DNA of 64,000 nucleotides, from the NCBI RefSeq assembly GCF_009914755.1, contig NC_060928.1. One strand, written 5' to 3'. Below, one piece after another: positions 36,555 through 51,945 of this stretch (the first letter of the stretch is position 1; each line of letters starts with the position of its first letter). The notes below the pieces were generated by a model. That model was not told where the DNA came from and made no database searches. It saw nothing but the letters and a program-made list of their open reading frames with translations. The DNA comes from the human T2T-CHM13v2.0 reference genome, Homo sapiens. Made by a program: the position numbers and the translations under genes.

Positions 36555-36719
36555 CGTTTGAGGGCCATTATTTTCTGTGGAGCTGGAAACCATCTTTATC
36601 AGTGAGTTCCAAGAAGGGTCTGCAGCATGAGGGCCATTAAATATGGGTCCTCCAGCACCATCAGGGATAGGTGCTACTGGAGGAATCATTGCATTCCCAT
36701 ACACAGAAAAAGGCATACC
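36555..36719 (-). CDS. ANKRD17: ANKRD17 penultimate exon (165 nt)
   Basis: ttttttaag|GGT. Encodes GMPFSVYGNAMIPP...NNGPQT. Donor ACG|GTGAGG, phase 0. Confidence 0.95.
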
Positions 36720-36969
36720 CTTAAAAAAGGAAAACACACACATTAACATCCAAGTCATTGTTCATTTTTCCCAATATAATCAATAGCCTTAAAATTGATA
36801 TTTGAAAGTTCACCTCATCCTGGGAATGTGTAACTTATCTAAGAAATCTAAAAATTATTACCCATTATATAACTTATTTTAACATTAGATTATACATATG
36901 CCTACTATATTCAAAACATTTTCTCAGAAAATCCTCCCTTAAATAACTAGTACAAAATCAGGACTTTAC

Positions 36970-37148
36970 CCCAACTTTAGGAAAGTCCATGTAGCCTGCA
37001 GGAACATGCTGATGGAATGTACCAGAAGGAGTTACAATTCCTGTACTATCTCGCTCCATTGCTTGATGTTGTGAAAATACTCCTGGGTCAGACATCGGTC
37101 TGTGGATCATAGGATTTCCCATCCCAGGGTTACACCAGTCTACTTTGT
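36970..37148 (-). CDS. ANKRD17: ANKRD17 exon (179 nt)
   Basis: ccctcag|AC. Encodes DKVDWCNPGMGNPMIHRPMSDPG...MDFPKVG. Donor GGG|GTAAAG. Confidence 0.93.
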
Positions 37149-37569
37149 CTGAGGGCAAACAAAGAGGCAAAACAAAAATAGATAATATTTAAAATCAAAA
37201 TCAAATATTTTGTTTTTCTAATATTTTCCACATTGAACCGTAAATTATTTCAATATAATGACCTACTTTTATATATTTACAGCAATATTTCCATGGTTTG
37301 TAAGTAGTGACATAATAGCTTAATGAAATAATCTAAAAACTTGGTGTTATAAAACAAAAGAAAAAAACCTAAGTACAACCTAAAGGGACTGAAAGGAAAT
37401 ATTATTATGTCCTTAATATGATGAAAGGAAGAAAAGAACATGCTTGCATTAGATATTTTCTGAAAGCAGTAATAAATACATGTAATGAGAAAGGTCACAT
37501 GGGGACAGAGCTCATAAAGAAGTGATTAAATATTCACATAACAAAAAAAATAGGAATACAGATCTTTTA

Positions 37570-38178
<609 letters not shown>

Positions 38179-38256
38179 CTATTAAAGTTAAATACTGTTT
38201 ACATTATAGTTAAATGCATTAAGTTAATTTCTAGAGAGCAGGACAGAATATCCTAC

Positions 38257-38505
38257 CTTGATTGCCACCAATCCCTTCAAAGGACCAGATGCCACTATGT
38301 CCTACTGATGTAGACAAATTGCTCCCAATAACAGATGGAGCTGACGTTCCAGTTTGCCTGATACGTGCAGAACGTTCAGTCCCAATAGGGACTGGAACTT
38401 TCCTGTCCTGAGACACATTGCTGGGCTTTTCTGACCCTAACGGTACTGATGATGGGGCAGGAGATGGTGCACGAACTCCCGAGGATACTGACTGTGCAGA
38501 AGAAT
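38257..38505 (-). CDS. ANKRD17: ANKRD17 exon (249 nt)
   Basis: ttctctag|AT. Encodes DSSAQSV...PVPIGTERSARIRQTG...GIWSFEGIGGNQ. Donor AAG|GTAGGA. Confidence 0.95.
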
Positions 38506-39610
38506 CTAGAGAAGAGATATTTTGAAATAAAATACAGGTCATCTATAGAACATGTAATTTTATAAAACCAAATCTTAAAACCAGGAGATGTTTTAAATAT
38601 ATATTCTCAGAAAAACAAAGTGTAAAAATAATACTTAAAAATGATGCATATTAAAATTTGGCTAAAGTTCCATGACTTCAAGGTAGAATATGATGTCAAT
38701 GCTGCAAAATGTTCAACTACAAAGGTAATAAACCATTAAATTAAATAATATTCAAATGAATTAACCCTTGACATTAAGTAAAATGTAGCAAGCAATAAGA
38801 CATTTAAATTAAAAAACAAACCAACAACAACAGAATGGAGATGGGTAAGAATCACTGCCTGTAGTGGCAATCTCCAAACTGTATTCCCTGGGAATACTTG
38901 CTCTTTGTGTTATGATGAAAAAGAGATTCAGCTATCTAATAAATTTGGAAAACCTAGCCTAGGAAAAAGAAATACGTTTCTTTGTTATTTATTCATTTTT
39001 TATTTATTTTATTTATGTATTTTTGGAGACAGAGTCTTGCTCCATTGTCCAGGCTAGAGTGCAGAGGCTCGATCATAACTCACTGCAGCCTCAAACTCTT
39101 GGGCTCAAGCGATCCTCCCACCCCAACCTCCTGAACAGCTGGGACTACTGGGATGAGCCATCATGTCCAGTTTAAAAAAAAAAAGTTTCTTCAAATTAGA
39201 ACTGAAGTTTATAGAACATTATATATACTGATAAAATACCAATAAGAGGATCATTGCCTAAGTCTGTTTTATTTTATCTTGTGAGTACTTCACAGAACAT
39301 GCTTTTGGTAATGAGAATCTTTTTTACTTATGCAAACAAGGTGGATTTCTTGATTTGAGACTATTCATTAGTGATTCAATCTCTATACATTATTGAGAAA
39401 AAACAAAAATAACCAAAATTATATTTTATGTGAAAAGCTTAAATATTGGCCGGGCGCGGTGGCACACACCTGTAATCACAGCACTTTGGGAGGCCAAGGC
39501 GGGCGGATCATGGGATCAGGAGTTCGAGGGGCCAATATGGTGATACCCTGTCTCTACTAAAAATACAAAAATTAGCCGGGCGTGGTGGCACGCGCCTGTA
39601 GTCCCAGCTA

Positions 39611-39751
<141 letters not shown>

Positions 39752-41610
39752 TTAAAGCACATTTAAACTAAAATGGTATAAATAATAAAGGAGTCTGAAG
39801 CTTAAAAATCAAAACTGTTACCTGCAGATTCAACAGAACTGCAGTTGAATTCCAAATAAGCCTATTATATAAGATAAAAGAGAAAGACCTATAGCATTCC
39901 TGTTGACAATAAAAGCACTCCAGAAAAAAAGCTATAACCTAAAATTCAAAAATGAACGAAAAGAAAATGATATGAAGGAACAGCATAATTCAGAATTAGT
40001 AAAACGGAAACAATATGACAAAACTCAGGAAAGTGTTAGAAGTAAAAGAATATTTTAGCTAAAGACCAAATAAAACCAAATTCTGCAATTATACATGCAG
40101 TAGAAAACAGACAAAAACTACAAGGAATACACAGACATGTAAATGTAAACACAAAGATAAATAACAAAAGCTTGTTTTTTAAAAACCTACATATTGAAAG
40201 GCCACACCTAAACCTCTAGGAAAAATCAACCCAGAACAACTAACATCAAGACATAGTCAGGGCAGGCAGGCAGGAAGGAAAGAAGGATAAACAAATGAAT
40301 CCTGCTTTCCCCTAGGTTCATCCCTGGGAGCCTACCTTAACCTCTGTGTTCACTCTGGTTTCCCTTTTATTTCCTGTATCCTTCTAGAACCAAAGTAGAG
40401 CAAAATAACAACAACCTTCCACATTGTTTTGTTTTTTATGAGACGGTCTCACTATGATGCCCACACTGAAGTACAGTGACTATTCACAGGCACAATCACA
40501 GTGCACTGCAGCCTCAAACTCCTGGCCTCAAGCCATCCTCCCACCTCAGCCTCCTACACATTCTATTTTAATAAACAGAATTACTAGGCTTGCCCGCTGA
40601 GCTGCGCCATTTAAGAAGTTTACTCTCTGCACAGATTCTGCCACCCCTCTAGTCATAGTTTTTATCAGATGACCCTGTTTTCTGCTCCCTCTCTGCACAA
40701 CTATTGGATTAAGGATAGGCACCCATCCAAGTTTTATTTTAGGCTAGTCAGTAATCTGACTGAAATGGTCTGACTTGAACATATGAGCTGAGCCAATCAC
40801 ATTCCTCATCAAAGAATGGGGAATTAAAGGGTTAACTGGTTTAATTAATTATGAAGTTGAACCACTGATGTGCATATACAAGGTAAGATTATGAAGAAGT
40901 TTAGGTGTAAAGAGAGCAGAATGCAAGAAACTGACAAGAAACAGACCATGAGTGAGAGACCACAAATCCTCTAAGAGAGAGAGAGAGAGAGAATAGCTAT
41001 CCCTAAGTCCTGGACGGTTTGGAAAATGGTTCTGCATAGCCTTATATAAACATCATTTTCCATGAGAGTCCCTGGATGGGCCTATATTCCTTTTCATGAA
41101 AAGAACCTAACTAAAATAATTTTCACATCTCTAATTATTATAATTACTTCAATTAGAAAAAAAGCAAAATTTAATTCAGAGCCATGTTATTTAAAAACAT
41201 CAGCTTATATATTAGAGAAACAGGTTTCAGAGGATGGGGCAGATCTAGGTTTTGTGGGGCCTTAAACTTACAAAATTTTGGGAACCTTTTTTAGAAGAAT
41301 GAAAAATTACAAATAAAAAAATCATGTACAGCACTTGGAAGTACCCCATAAAATGAAGTGGCCTAAGGATTTAAGTTTCACTGATACCACGGTAACTTCA
41401 CCACAGTTTAGAAATGATAACAGAGTCCTGAGTTAAAATTGAAAGAGCAATGTGATTTACAAATTCAAAAAGTGGGGCCACTGGGTGTGGTGGCTCACAC
41501 CTGCAATCCCAACACTTTGGGAGGCCCAGGTGGGCAGATCACTTGAGGCCAGGAGTTTGAGATCAGGCTGGGCAACGTGGTAAAACCTCATCTCTACAAA
41601 AAAAAATTTA

Positions 41611-41757
<147 letters not shown>

Positions 41758-44031
41758 TTATCTTTTTATTTAAAAAAAAAAAAAAAAAAGGGGGGCCAAG
41801 CGTGGTGGCTCACATCTGTAATCTCAGCATCTCTGCATTTTGGGAGGCTAAAGTGGGAGGATCTCTGGAGATCAGGAGTTCAAGTCCAGTCTGGGCAACA
41901 TGGTAAGACCTCATCTTACAAAAAATAAATACATAAAAATAAAATAAAAACATTAGCTGGGTGCTATGGCAAGTGCCTGTAGTCCCAGCTACTTGGGAGG
42001 CTGAGGCAAGAGGACTGCTTGAGCCTAGGAGTTTGATTGAGGCTGCAGTAAGCTATGGTCACACACTGCTGCATTCCAGCCTGGGTGACAGAGACAGAAC
42101 TCGTGAGAAGAAAAGGAGAGGAGAGAGGAGAGAACAAAAAGTGCTTCTACAGTAAAATTACATGAAAAGAAAGGAGAAGAACAAAAAGTGCTCCTACAGT
42201 AAAATTACACTGCACATTTCTCACAGTTTAGTTCAGTGTTTATTAAACATACCCTGAATTTAATCAGGAAGAAATAGTAGGAAATAAAAATAAAAGGCAT
42301 TCTAGCAAACAACTGGCTTGTAGTCTTCATAAAATGAATCTTTCTTTGAAAGTTAAAGAAAGACTCAGAGAACAGTTCTAGATTATTTGAGACTAAAGAG
42401 ATATGGGAATTAAGTGTAACTTGCAGTCCTAATTAGAATCTTGGATGAGAGAAAATAATAAAGTTATTGAGATAACTGATGAAATGTAAATATGCACCAT
42501 ATATTAGATAATAATATAAAATGTAAAGTTTGCTGAATTTAAACACTGCATCATAGTTGTTGAAGGGAACATTCTTATATTTAGGAAACTAAGTTATTTA
42601 GGGGCAAAAGGGCTTGACGTCTACAACTAACTGTAAAATAGTTCAGGAATAAAATAATTTTACACACACACAGAGGAATATATGATGAGGAAAGGAAGTA
42701 ATGCAGTTTAATTGGTGAATCTGGGAAAAATATACAAGGGATCCTTGTGGTATTCTTGAAAGTTTAAAATTATTAATTACAAAATCTGAGAGACATAATC
42801 AAATGCAATATGTGAGCCTTGAGTGGTAGTTCCTGGTTCAAGAAAGAAACATCTATAAAAAACGTTTTGGAATAATTGAAGATATCTGAATATGGACTGA
42901 TTAATTCTTACTGAATTCATGTTAACCTATTAGGTATTTGACAATGGTATCATGGTTGCATAAGAAAATATCCTTATTCTTAAGTGATGCATGTTTTTAG
43001 GTCTGAAGTGTCATATCTGCACCTTATTTACAAATGGTTCAGCAAAACAGTAGAGAGAGAAAATAAATATAACAAAATAATTGGGAAATTTAGGCGAAGG
43101 AAATATGGATATTCCTTGAACTATTCTTTAACTTTTCTATGGGTCTGAAATTTTTTGTAACAAAATAGTTACTGGAATGTGGCAACAATAAAAGCAATTG
43201 TAATGCCCTCAATGATACTCTGTATTTACAATATAGCACTATATTCAAAAGCATGTATTAAAAAACCTAACCTGGGTGGTGTGGTGGTACACGCCTGTAA
43301 TTCCAGCACTTTGGGAGCTGTGCAAGGATAATTAATATTCTATATGACTGCCACTATTTGACAAACACAAGAAAAACTATGAATATATAAATTCATTGCA
43401 GGCTACAATTTACCTCATGCTTTAACTGGCAATGTACTCTGACATGTATCTCTAAAATAATTATAACTCTTTACTCTTTCATTAAGTTAATTAGGTTAAC
43501 TGTTATTTATTCCAGTATTGCTAGTTAGAAGAAATTTGATAGTTAAAAAAAAAAACAAAACAAAAAAAAAAAAACCGAAGTCTTACTATAACTTCCTTAA
43601 GGGATAAGCAATTTCACATCTTTACCTGGAAAACAAACATATCCAACCTTACTACAGAATTCTCTTAGTTGAGTTGAATTCTCTATTGCTGACTGATCTT
43701 CATTAGTTTGAAAATCTAGGCCTGGTGGCTCACACCTGTAATCCCAGCAGTTTGGGAAGCCGAGGTGGGCGGATCATGAGATCAGGAGTTTGAGACCAGC
43801 CTGGCCAATGTAGTGAAACTGTCTCTACTAAAAATACAAAAATTAGCCAGGTGTGGTAGCACATGCCTGTAGTCCCATTTATTCAGGAGGCTGAGGTGGG
43901 AGAATCGCTTGAGCCATTGCACTACAGCCTGGGTGACAGAGTGAGACTCCATTTCAAATAAAAAAAAGAAAGAAAGAAAATCTAATCACTGCTTCAAAAG
44001 TCTGCCTGTAGTTAAAAAACACATGTGATAA

Positions 44032-44368
<337 letters not shown>

Positions 44369-44864
44369 TGAGATTTAAAGGTGGACTAAAAGGATGTAAT
44401 TTTCACTCAAGGGTAGAAATCTTTCTCCTTGGTACCTGTATTCTCAAAACTAAAAGTAAACATAAATTAATAACAGGTACAAGGATTAATTTTTTTCCCC
44501 CAAAAAATGATCCCTCAGGACAGGTGTGGTGGCTCACACCTGTAATCCCAGCTCTTTGGAAGGCAGGAAGACTGCTTCAGCCCAGGAGTTTGACGAAACC
44601 AGCGAGGGCAACACAATGAGAGCCTGTCTCTAATAAAAATAAAAAATAATAAAAATCCCTCTTAGAAAAACTTCAATATTTTAGGTTTGATAGAACCTAG
44701 GTTGATTCTAATCATTTAAATACCTAGAAATTTTTTTGAAATTCCAGACTTCTAAGAGTACAAATTACCTTTTTATGGTATTAAAATTATGATGAGGTTT
44801 GAAACCTGCTGTTTTTAAGAAAACATATGCAGATTCTTATGGAATTACGGTGTATAAAACTCAC

Positions 44865-45062
44865 CATTTGATGCTGATGAACACGGAGTCAACAAACTAA
44901 GCGGGGAAAAATGTTGTCTGTTAAAGTTAGCAGCTGCGGGTGCTCCTCCAAGGGGTGCCCCAGGTCCGTACATCTGACCTCCTGAAATGTTTGAAGCAAA
45001 GTTTCCCAAATGTGTTGAAGAAGGTGTTACAGAACCATATGGCGAGTCCATATTGACAATAC
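44865..45062 (-). CDS. ANKRD17: ANKRD17 exon (198 nt)
   Basis: cattatag|GT. Encodes IVNMDSPYGSVTPSSTHLGNF...NFNRQHFSPLSLLTPCSSASN. Donor ATG|GTGAGT. Confidence 0.95.
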
Positions 45063-45411
45063 CTATAATGTAGAAGGTCATCATAATTTATAATAGTTAC
45101 TCCTGCAAGAAATAGAGATACCTTAAAATTCTAAAAGGCCCTAAATATATTCAAAACTATTTTAGATAATTAAAAAAATCCCGGCTGGGAGTGGTGGCCC
45201 ACATCTGTAATCCCAGCACTTTGGGAGGCCAAGGTGGGAGGACTGCTTATGGCCAGGCATTCAAGACTGGTCTGGGCAACACATCGAGACCCCACCTCAA
45301 AAAAAAAAAAAAAAAGTTCCTGGCTGGGTGTGGTGGTTCATGCCTATAATCCCAGGCATGAATCTCACTTTGGGGGGCCAAAGTGAGAGGACTGCTTGAA
45401 CCCAGAGTTCA

Positions 45412-45621
<210 letters not shown>

Positions 45622-46513
45622 CTAAACTATGTAGATAATTATAAAAGAAACAATTATCACATTATACTCTTAAATTCAAATTATAATTTACTGGGAACAA
45701 ATTTAATTCTTGATTTTAGTACTTTCAGCACTAGTGGGCATTAATGTTTTAGTTAAAAAGGATCATTAGTTTTCCTTTACATGGGCTTTCTGTCAAAGTG
45801 GACTTTTGTTGCCTTTATTGATCATAAAATTAATGCAAACTTATTTAAAAAATCCAAAACCAAAAACCATATATAAAACAGAAAGTGAAACTTCCAGATG
45901 TTCCTATTTCAAAAACGAATGTATGTGTATTTGTGAGAGAGAAAAAGAAGAGGAAGAATAAACGTTTACCTTTAGGGATTTTTAGATAACATTTTTTTTT
46001 AAATGTTTATTTTTAGGGATAAAGATAAAACATTTACTCTTCCTCTTCTTTTTCTCTCTTACAGGTACACATTTGTTTTTGAAATATGTTCATTAAAAAA
46101 GTATTACAAATGTTTACACACTAAACTATTACACAAGTAACCTATCTGATTTTAGTCTAACGGGTTAAAAATACAGAAAAAAAAGAAAGAAAATAATTGT
46201 CAACGATTTTTTTTTTTAATTTAGGAGACAGCTTTCTCTGTTGCTCAGGGTGGAATGCAGTGGCATGTGATCATAGCTCACGGTAGCCACAAACTCTTGG
46301 GCTCAAGCAACCCTCTTGCCTCAGCCTCCTGAGTATCTGGGGCTACAGGTGTTCACCATTACACCTAGCTATATTTTTGTTTTACCTTTTATTAGCTTTT
46401 ATAGAACACATGTCAATATTGGATTTTATGCTTGAACCTGGGAGGCGGAGGTTGCAGTGAGCCTAGATTGTGCCACTGCACTCCAGCCTGGGCGTCCGAG
46501 TGAGACTCCATCT

Positions 46514-46515
<2 letters not shown>

Positions 46516-46598
<83 letters not shown>
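46516..46598. repeat. (A)n(TA)n microsatellite derived from the tail of a 5'-truncated Alu
   Basis: About 30 A followed by about 27 TA units. Confidence 0.95.
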
Positions 46599-46600
<2 letters not shown>

Positions 46601-47469
46601 GTAGGATTTTAAATAGGTTTAAGGACCAAAGAGTTGTATAAAACTACAGGGCAAAAAAGGGCTGTAGATACAATTCTACAATGAAGAGATCTGATAATTA
46701 CATACTAACCACACGGCCATGCTTTCCACAGCCAATACTGGAACAATTTATCATTTTTTCTTTTTTTTTAAGGAGACAGGAGATTGCTCTGTTGCTCATA
46801 GCTCACCCCAGCCTCCATCTACTGGGCTCAAGTGATCCTCCTGCCTCAGCCTCCCAAGTAGGTGGGATTACAGGTACATGCCACCACACCCAGCTTTTTT
46901 ATTTATTTTTGTAGAGGCAAGGTCTCACAATGTTGCCCAGGCAGGTCTTAAATTTCTGGCCTCAAATGAGCCTCTTGTCTCAGTCTCCCAAAGTGTTGGG
47001 ATTACAAGTGTGAGCCACCACATCCAGCCAATCTGTCATTGATAAAATGCAGTGTGAGGTTCAAAACATCACCTATATGATGCTCCTTCCTGAAATATTT
47101 GATCTGAATCTAATCATGGATTGACATAATCACTGAATTAAACTTGCCCACAGAGTCAATGTCAAGAATTACAGAGGAAGGCAGTAGAATACTTTAGACA
47201 GAGGGAGACCAAAGACACATAACAACCAAAAGTAATGTGTGAATCTTGATTGAGTCTTGGATCAAATGGCAAGGAAAAGAGACACACATAGTCAGAAAGA
47301 ATATATTTGGGAAAATGGCATTTTATGTTGGGTGTTATTATCAAATTCATCCTCATTTTATTGGGTGCAGTAATAGTGGCATAGCTGTGAAGGCAAACAT
47401 TGTGAAGATCCATATCAAAGTATTTAGGGGTAAAGTATCATGTTTGAAAGTTATCTTCTCATGATTTGA

Positions 47470-47662
47470 CAAAAGATGGGGAAGAAAAGAAAATAGAGAT
47501 AGGATAGAAAGGGGGAAAAGGAGGAAAGAAGGATGAAGAAGGGGAGAGACAGGTAAGACAAGACAAGAGAGGGGGAAGAAAAGGAAGCAGCAAAAGAGAG
47601 GAAAAAAAAGGAGGGAAGAAGGAAAAGGGGAGAGAGGAAGGGAGGGGAGTGAGGGAGAGAGT
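47470..47662. repeat. GA-rich polypurine low-complexity tract
   Basis: About 190 bp of almost pure A/G on the plus strand. Confidence 0.9.
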
Positions 47663-48474
47663 TTGAAAAGATGTTAACAAGCAGAGAATATATTAATAAA
47701 TGTGGAAATACCAAGTATTTACTATGCTGCTTATTCTGTCCTTAGATCTTTATGTGACTTAAATAACTTTTCAAAATACAAACTATAAAAACAGATCTGA
47801 GTCTAAAATACAAATAATCAAATTATTTACATAAGAAAAGTTAAACAAAGGAAGAAAAATATGGAACACAAAATGAATTAGGAAGAAGTAGAGAGAAGTG
47901 AAAATTAGGATCTGAGAGAGGTTTAGGAGAAAATAAAAGGACATACTTCCTATGTAATAAAAGGAGTATCTTTAACTCAAAATGACCTGAATTAGGTAAT
48001 TGACTTGTAAGTTAAACTTCAATGCTAATTTTGGCTCTCATCAACTATACACTCCCTAAAAACCTCACCTTTCTTACAGAGGTCTTTCTTCTATACCTTT
48101 TCAAAAAATAGGAATTTATTTTTTTGTTCTCTAAAGCTTAATTTTAGCCTTTCTGAATCCCACACCTAGATTATCACATTTTTGGAAAGGTAAAGTATTA
48201 AATTCCAACTACTATAAAAATCAAACTTAAAGCATTTCCTACGCACTGGCACATAATGATCTAAAATCTAATTATATTGATTCTATTGTTTTAATATAAA
48301 ATAAATTATTTTTCATAGTACACATAAATATTTCAGTTGACTTTTAGCAAAGAATATTTACTGACCACCTTCATTAAATTTTATTTACATGTTACAGAAA
48401 TAGGTAAAAATAACATTGAGTTCCCATTAAACTTGGAAATTTTTGTCCCGGAATGTCATATTTCCAATAACACA

Positions 48475-49615
48475 GATAACGAGTTGGCAACCAAGAGCCA
48501 AATACCAAATATTTTAGGCTTTGCAGGTCACATGGTCTCTGTCCCAGCTACTCAATTCTGTCATTGTAGCATAAAAGTAGCCTTATACAATATGCAAATG
48601 AATGGGCATTGCTGTGTTTCAGTAAAGCTTTCTCTACAAACACTGAAATTAAAATTTCATATTTTGTGTTGCATGTTTATTCTTTTTAAATTTTTTTTTT
48701 TTTTTTTGAGACAGGGTCTCCACCCAGGCTGGAATGCAGAGGTGTGATCTCAGCTCACTGTAACATCTGCCTCTAGGGCTCAAGTCATCCTTCCACCTCA
48801 GCCCCCCAAGTAGCTGGGACTACAGGTATGCACCACCATGCCCAGCTAATTTTTATATTTTTGTAGAGATGGGGTCTCCCCTTAAGCCCAGGCTGGTCTG
48901 GAACTCCTGGGCTTAAGCAATCGACCCACCTCAGCCTCCCAAAGTGCTGGGATTACGGGCACAAGCCACCGTGCCAAGCCTATTCTTAAAAAAAAAAATT
49001 TTTTTTTAAACATTTAAGAAATGTAAAAACAGGCAGCAGGCCAAATTTGGCCCATAGACCATAGTGTGTCCATCTCTTACGTGGACTATCTTTAATTACT
49101 TGAAATGCTTATATTAAAACCCAACAGCTTTAAATGGAAACTGGCATCCTGGATTAGATCCTACAATAGAAAAAGGATATTACTTGAAAAACTTGTGAAA
49201 TCTGCCTAAAATCTGTAGTCTAGTTAGTAGTACTACACCAATATTAATTTTTTTAGTTTCGAAATGTATCATGGTTATGTAAGATGGTCACATGAAGGGA
49301 AGCTGAGGAATTATAGAATTCTTCTATAAATCTAAAAATATTTTAAAGTAAAAAGTTTTTTTTAAAAAAGCAATAGCTTACAATCAGGAGATCTTTGTAT
49401 CTTCTACATATATCAGTGTTGCCCAGTAGAATTTTGGATAATAGAAATGTTCTAGATCTTTGCTGTCCAATATGGTAGCTACCAGCCACAAGTGTTTTTT
49501 AAGCACTTAAATATGGGTAGCCTAAGAAGCTAATTTTTTTATTTTTAAAATTTTCATTAATTTAAATTTAAAAAGTACACATGGTTATTGGCTACCATAT
49601 CAGACTGTGTAGCTC
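48475..49615. mobile_element. MER58-like hAT element split by an AluJ (48690-48981), plus a MER3/MER33-like element near 49410-49615
   Basis: ttttaggctttgcaggtcacatggtctctgtcccagctactcaattctg and gctgtccaatatggtagctaccagccac. Confidence 0.7.
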
Positions 49616-49735
49616 TATTTTTAAAATTATTTTAGAAATAAAAAAGATAATGCGAAATGAAACCCAATTTTTTAAATCTGTTATTTTGTATTTGTAATAA
49701 ATGTAAACTTTTGGTGACAGTACCTTATTAAATTA

Positions 49736-50086
<351 letters not shown>

Positions 50087-50311
50087 TCAGAAGACTTATT
50101 TATGGAAAATTAAATAAAAATCTATGGTAGCTTTTAAAAAGATTTTTAAAAATAACACCATACTAAACACAAACAACAGCATCTGAGTTAACTAAATCCA
50201 ACAATCTTTGTCTATATCGTCCAGAGAATAAAAATATTAGAAAATGACCAAGAATTTTCACATCACTTGTGCAAATGAACAGCTGCAGAATCTCAGAAAA
50301 TATAAACTCAC

Positions 50312-51945
50312 CTGAGGGACTTGGAGCAGGTCTCTGTAATGGTGGTCTAAAACCTGGAGCTTTGGAAGTATCAGACTGATGTAAAGGATCTGAATTTGGC
50401 AAATATGAGGATTTTCCTGATAGCATAGATTCTGGTGTTGACTGAGATGAAACAACAGATCCTCCCCAGAAGGCATGAGCAGAAGTAGGGCTGTTTTCAA
50501 ACAATGTGCTAAAGGGCCCAAATGGTAAGGGGGCACTGAAATTGGGAGCAATAGGCTTATTTGCTGGATGTACTGAATTCTGACAAGCACTTTGTGTACT
50601 TAAGGTCGAAGGTAGCTGGACAGAAGAGGGAACACTGTGAGGTCTTTTAATGTGATTGACACTGAGGACTGCAACAGATGAATTTTGCACTGAAGCTGAA
50701 TTCTTGTGAGGGGCAGTTGTGCCATGAGGGGGTGGTCTAATAGCAGGGGTTTCCATTTTAGGAGTAGGCTGGGGGCATCCCATTGGTGTCTGAGGCATAG
50801 GGTAAGTCACTGGGGCAGTAGAAGGCACCGCCACTGGAGCAGAACTTGTTGCTAAAGGAGGAACAGTCATTCTAACTTCCGGGGGAGGAACCTGAGACTG
50901 CTGAAGAGGTGGTCTTGGTTCCTGAGAAACAGATCCCGGAGGTTGTTGCTGATTAGAATGAGCTGATGAACTCCCAGAAGAACTGCTGCTGTTTGGAGGT
51001 CTAGTGTTTGTTGTTTCTACTACTGGTGGACTACCTGCTTCCTGTTCGGAGGAAGATGCCACTTTATTTGGAGATGCTGATCCACAATCCAAAGGGCTGT
51101 TTCTAGAAACCCCTCCTGGCTGGGCTGGTGGTGATGGGGAAGATGGGGATGATACTGGATAGTGTTCTTTGGCAGTAGGCATAGGATATGTGGCATTTGT
51201 GGGTGCAGTGTTGTTGTTGCTTGCCGTGGTTGTGACTGTTGTTGTGGTGGCATTGGATGTCTTCACAACTGTGACAAAAAGCTGCCTTCGGACAGAAGGT
51301 GAACTTGGACTGCCATTTGTAGATGTACCAGGCACCGTTGAAGCTGATGAACTGGTTGTAGTTGTTGGGCTTGAAGTTAAAGAACCTGCTGAATTCACCT
51401 GAGAACCACTGCTATTCTGATTGCTATGGCGAGGCACCATGTGAGGCTTAGGCGAGTTAGTAGCTCTGGCAGGGCTCAAAGGCCTGACAGGAAACGGACC
51501 CCAAGTGGATTGAGCTGGTGGAAAAGTACCTCCAAAGTGGGTCATGGGCAACCTTGGTGGACGGATCTGCTGGAAAGTCTGAGCAGCAAGCAAAGCATGT
51601 GCAAACTGTGGAGGAGGATATGCTAATGGAAGAGAAACTGGAAAACCAGGCCTCACATTATTCACTGGGTTCTTAATGGTTTTGTGAGTGGATGCAGAAG
51701 AAATTGCAGGCACAGTGAGTGCTGTGGCAGTTTGAGATGTTGATGACAGAGCTACAGTTGTCATTTTAATTCCCATTAAGGAAGTGTTAGCAGCAGTGGT
51801 GGTAGGTGCTGATGACCCTATTTTGGAATTTGCTGAGGAGCTTTTCAAACGATTCTTTGGAATAAGTTCATCAATTTCTTTGTCTGGATCCTTGATCAAA
51901 GCATTAATCAATTGAGTTGCTTGTCTTGTTGATTCAGTGCCACCC
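50312..51945 (-). CDS. ANKRD17: ANKRD17 large exon (1634 nt): end of KH domain plus Ser/Thr/Pro-rich low-complexity region
   Basis: tttatag|G GGT GGC. Matches the 582-aa ORF in the track. Donor CAG|GTGAGT. Confidence 0.97.
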
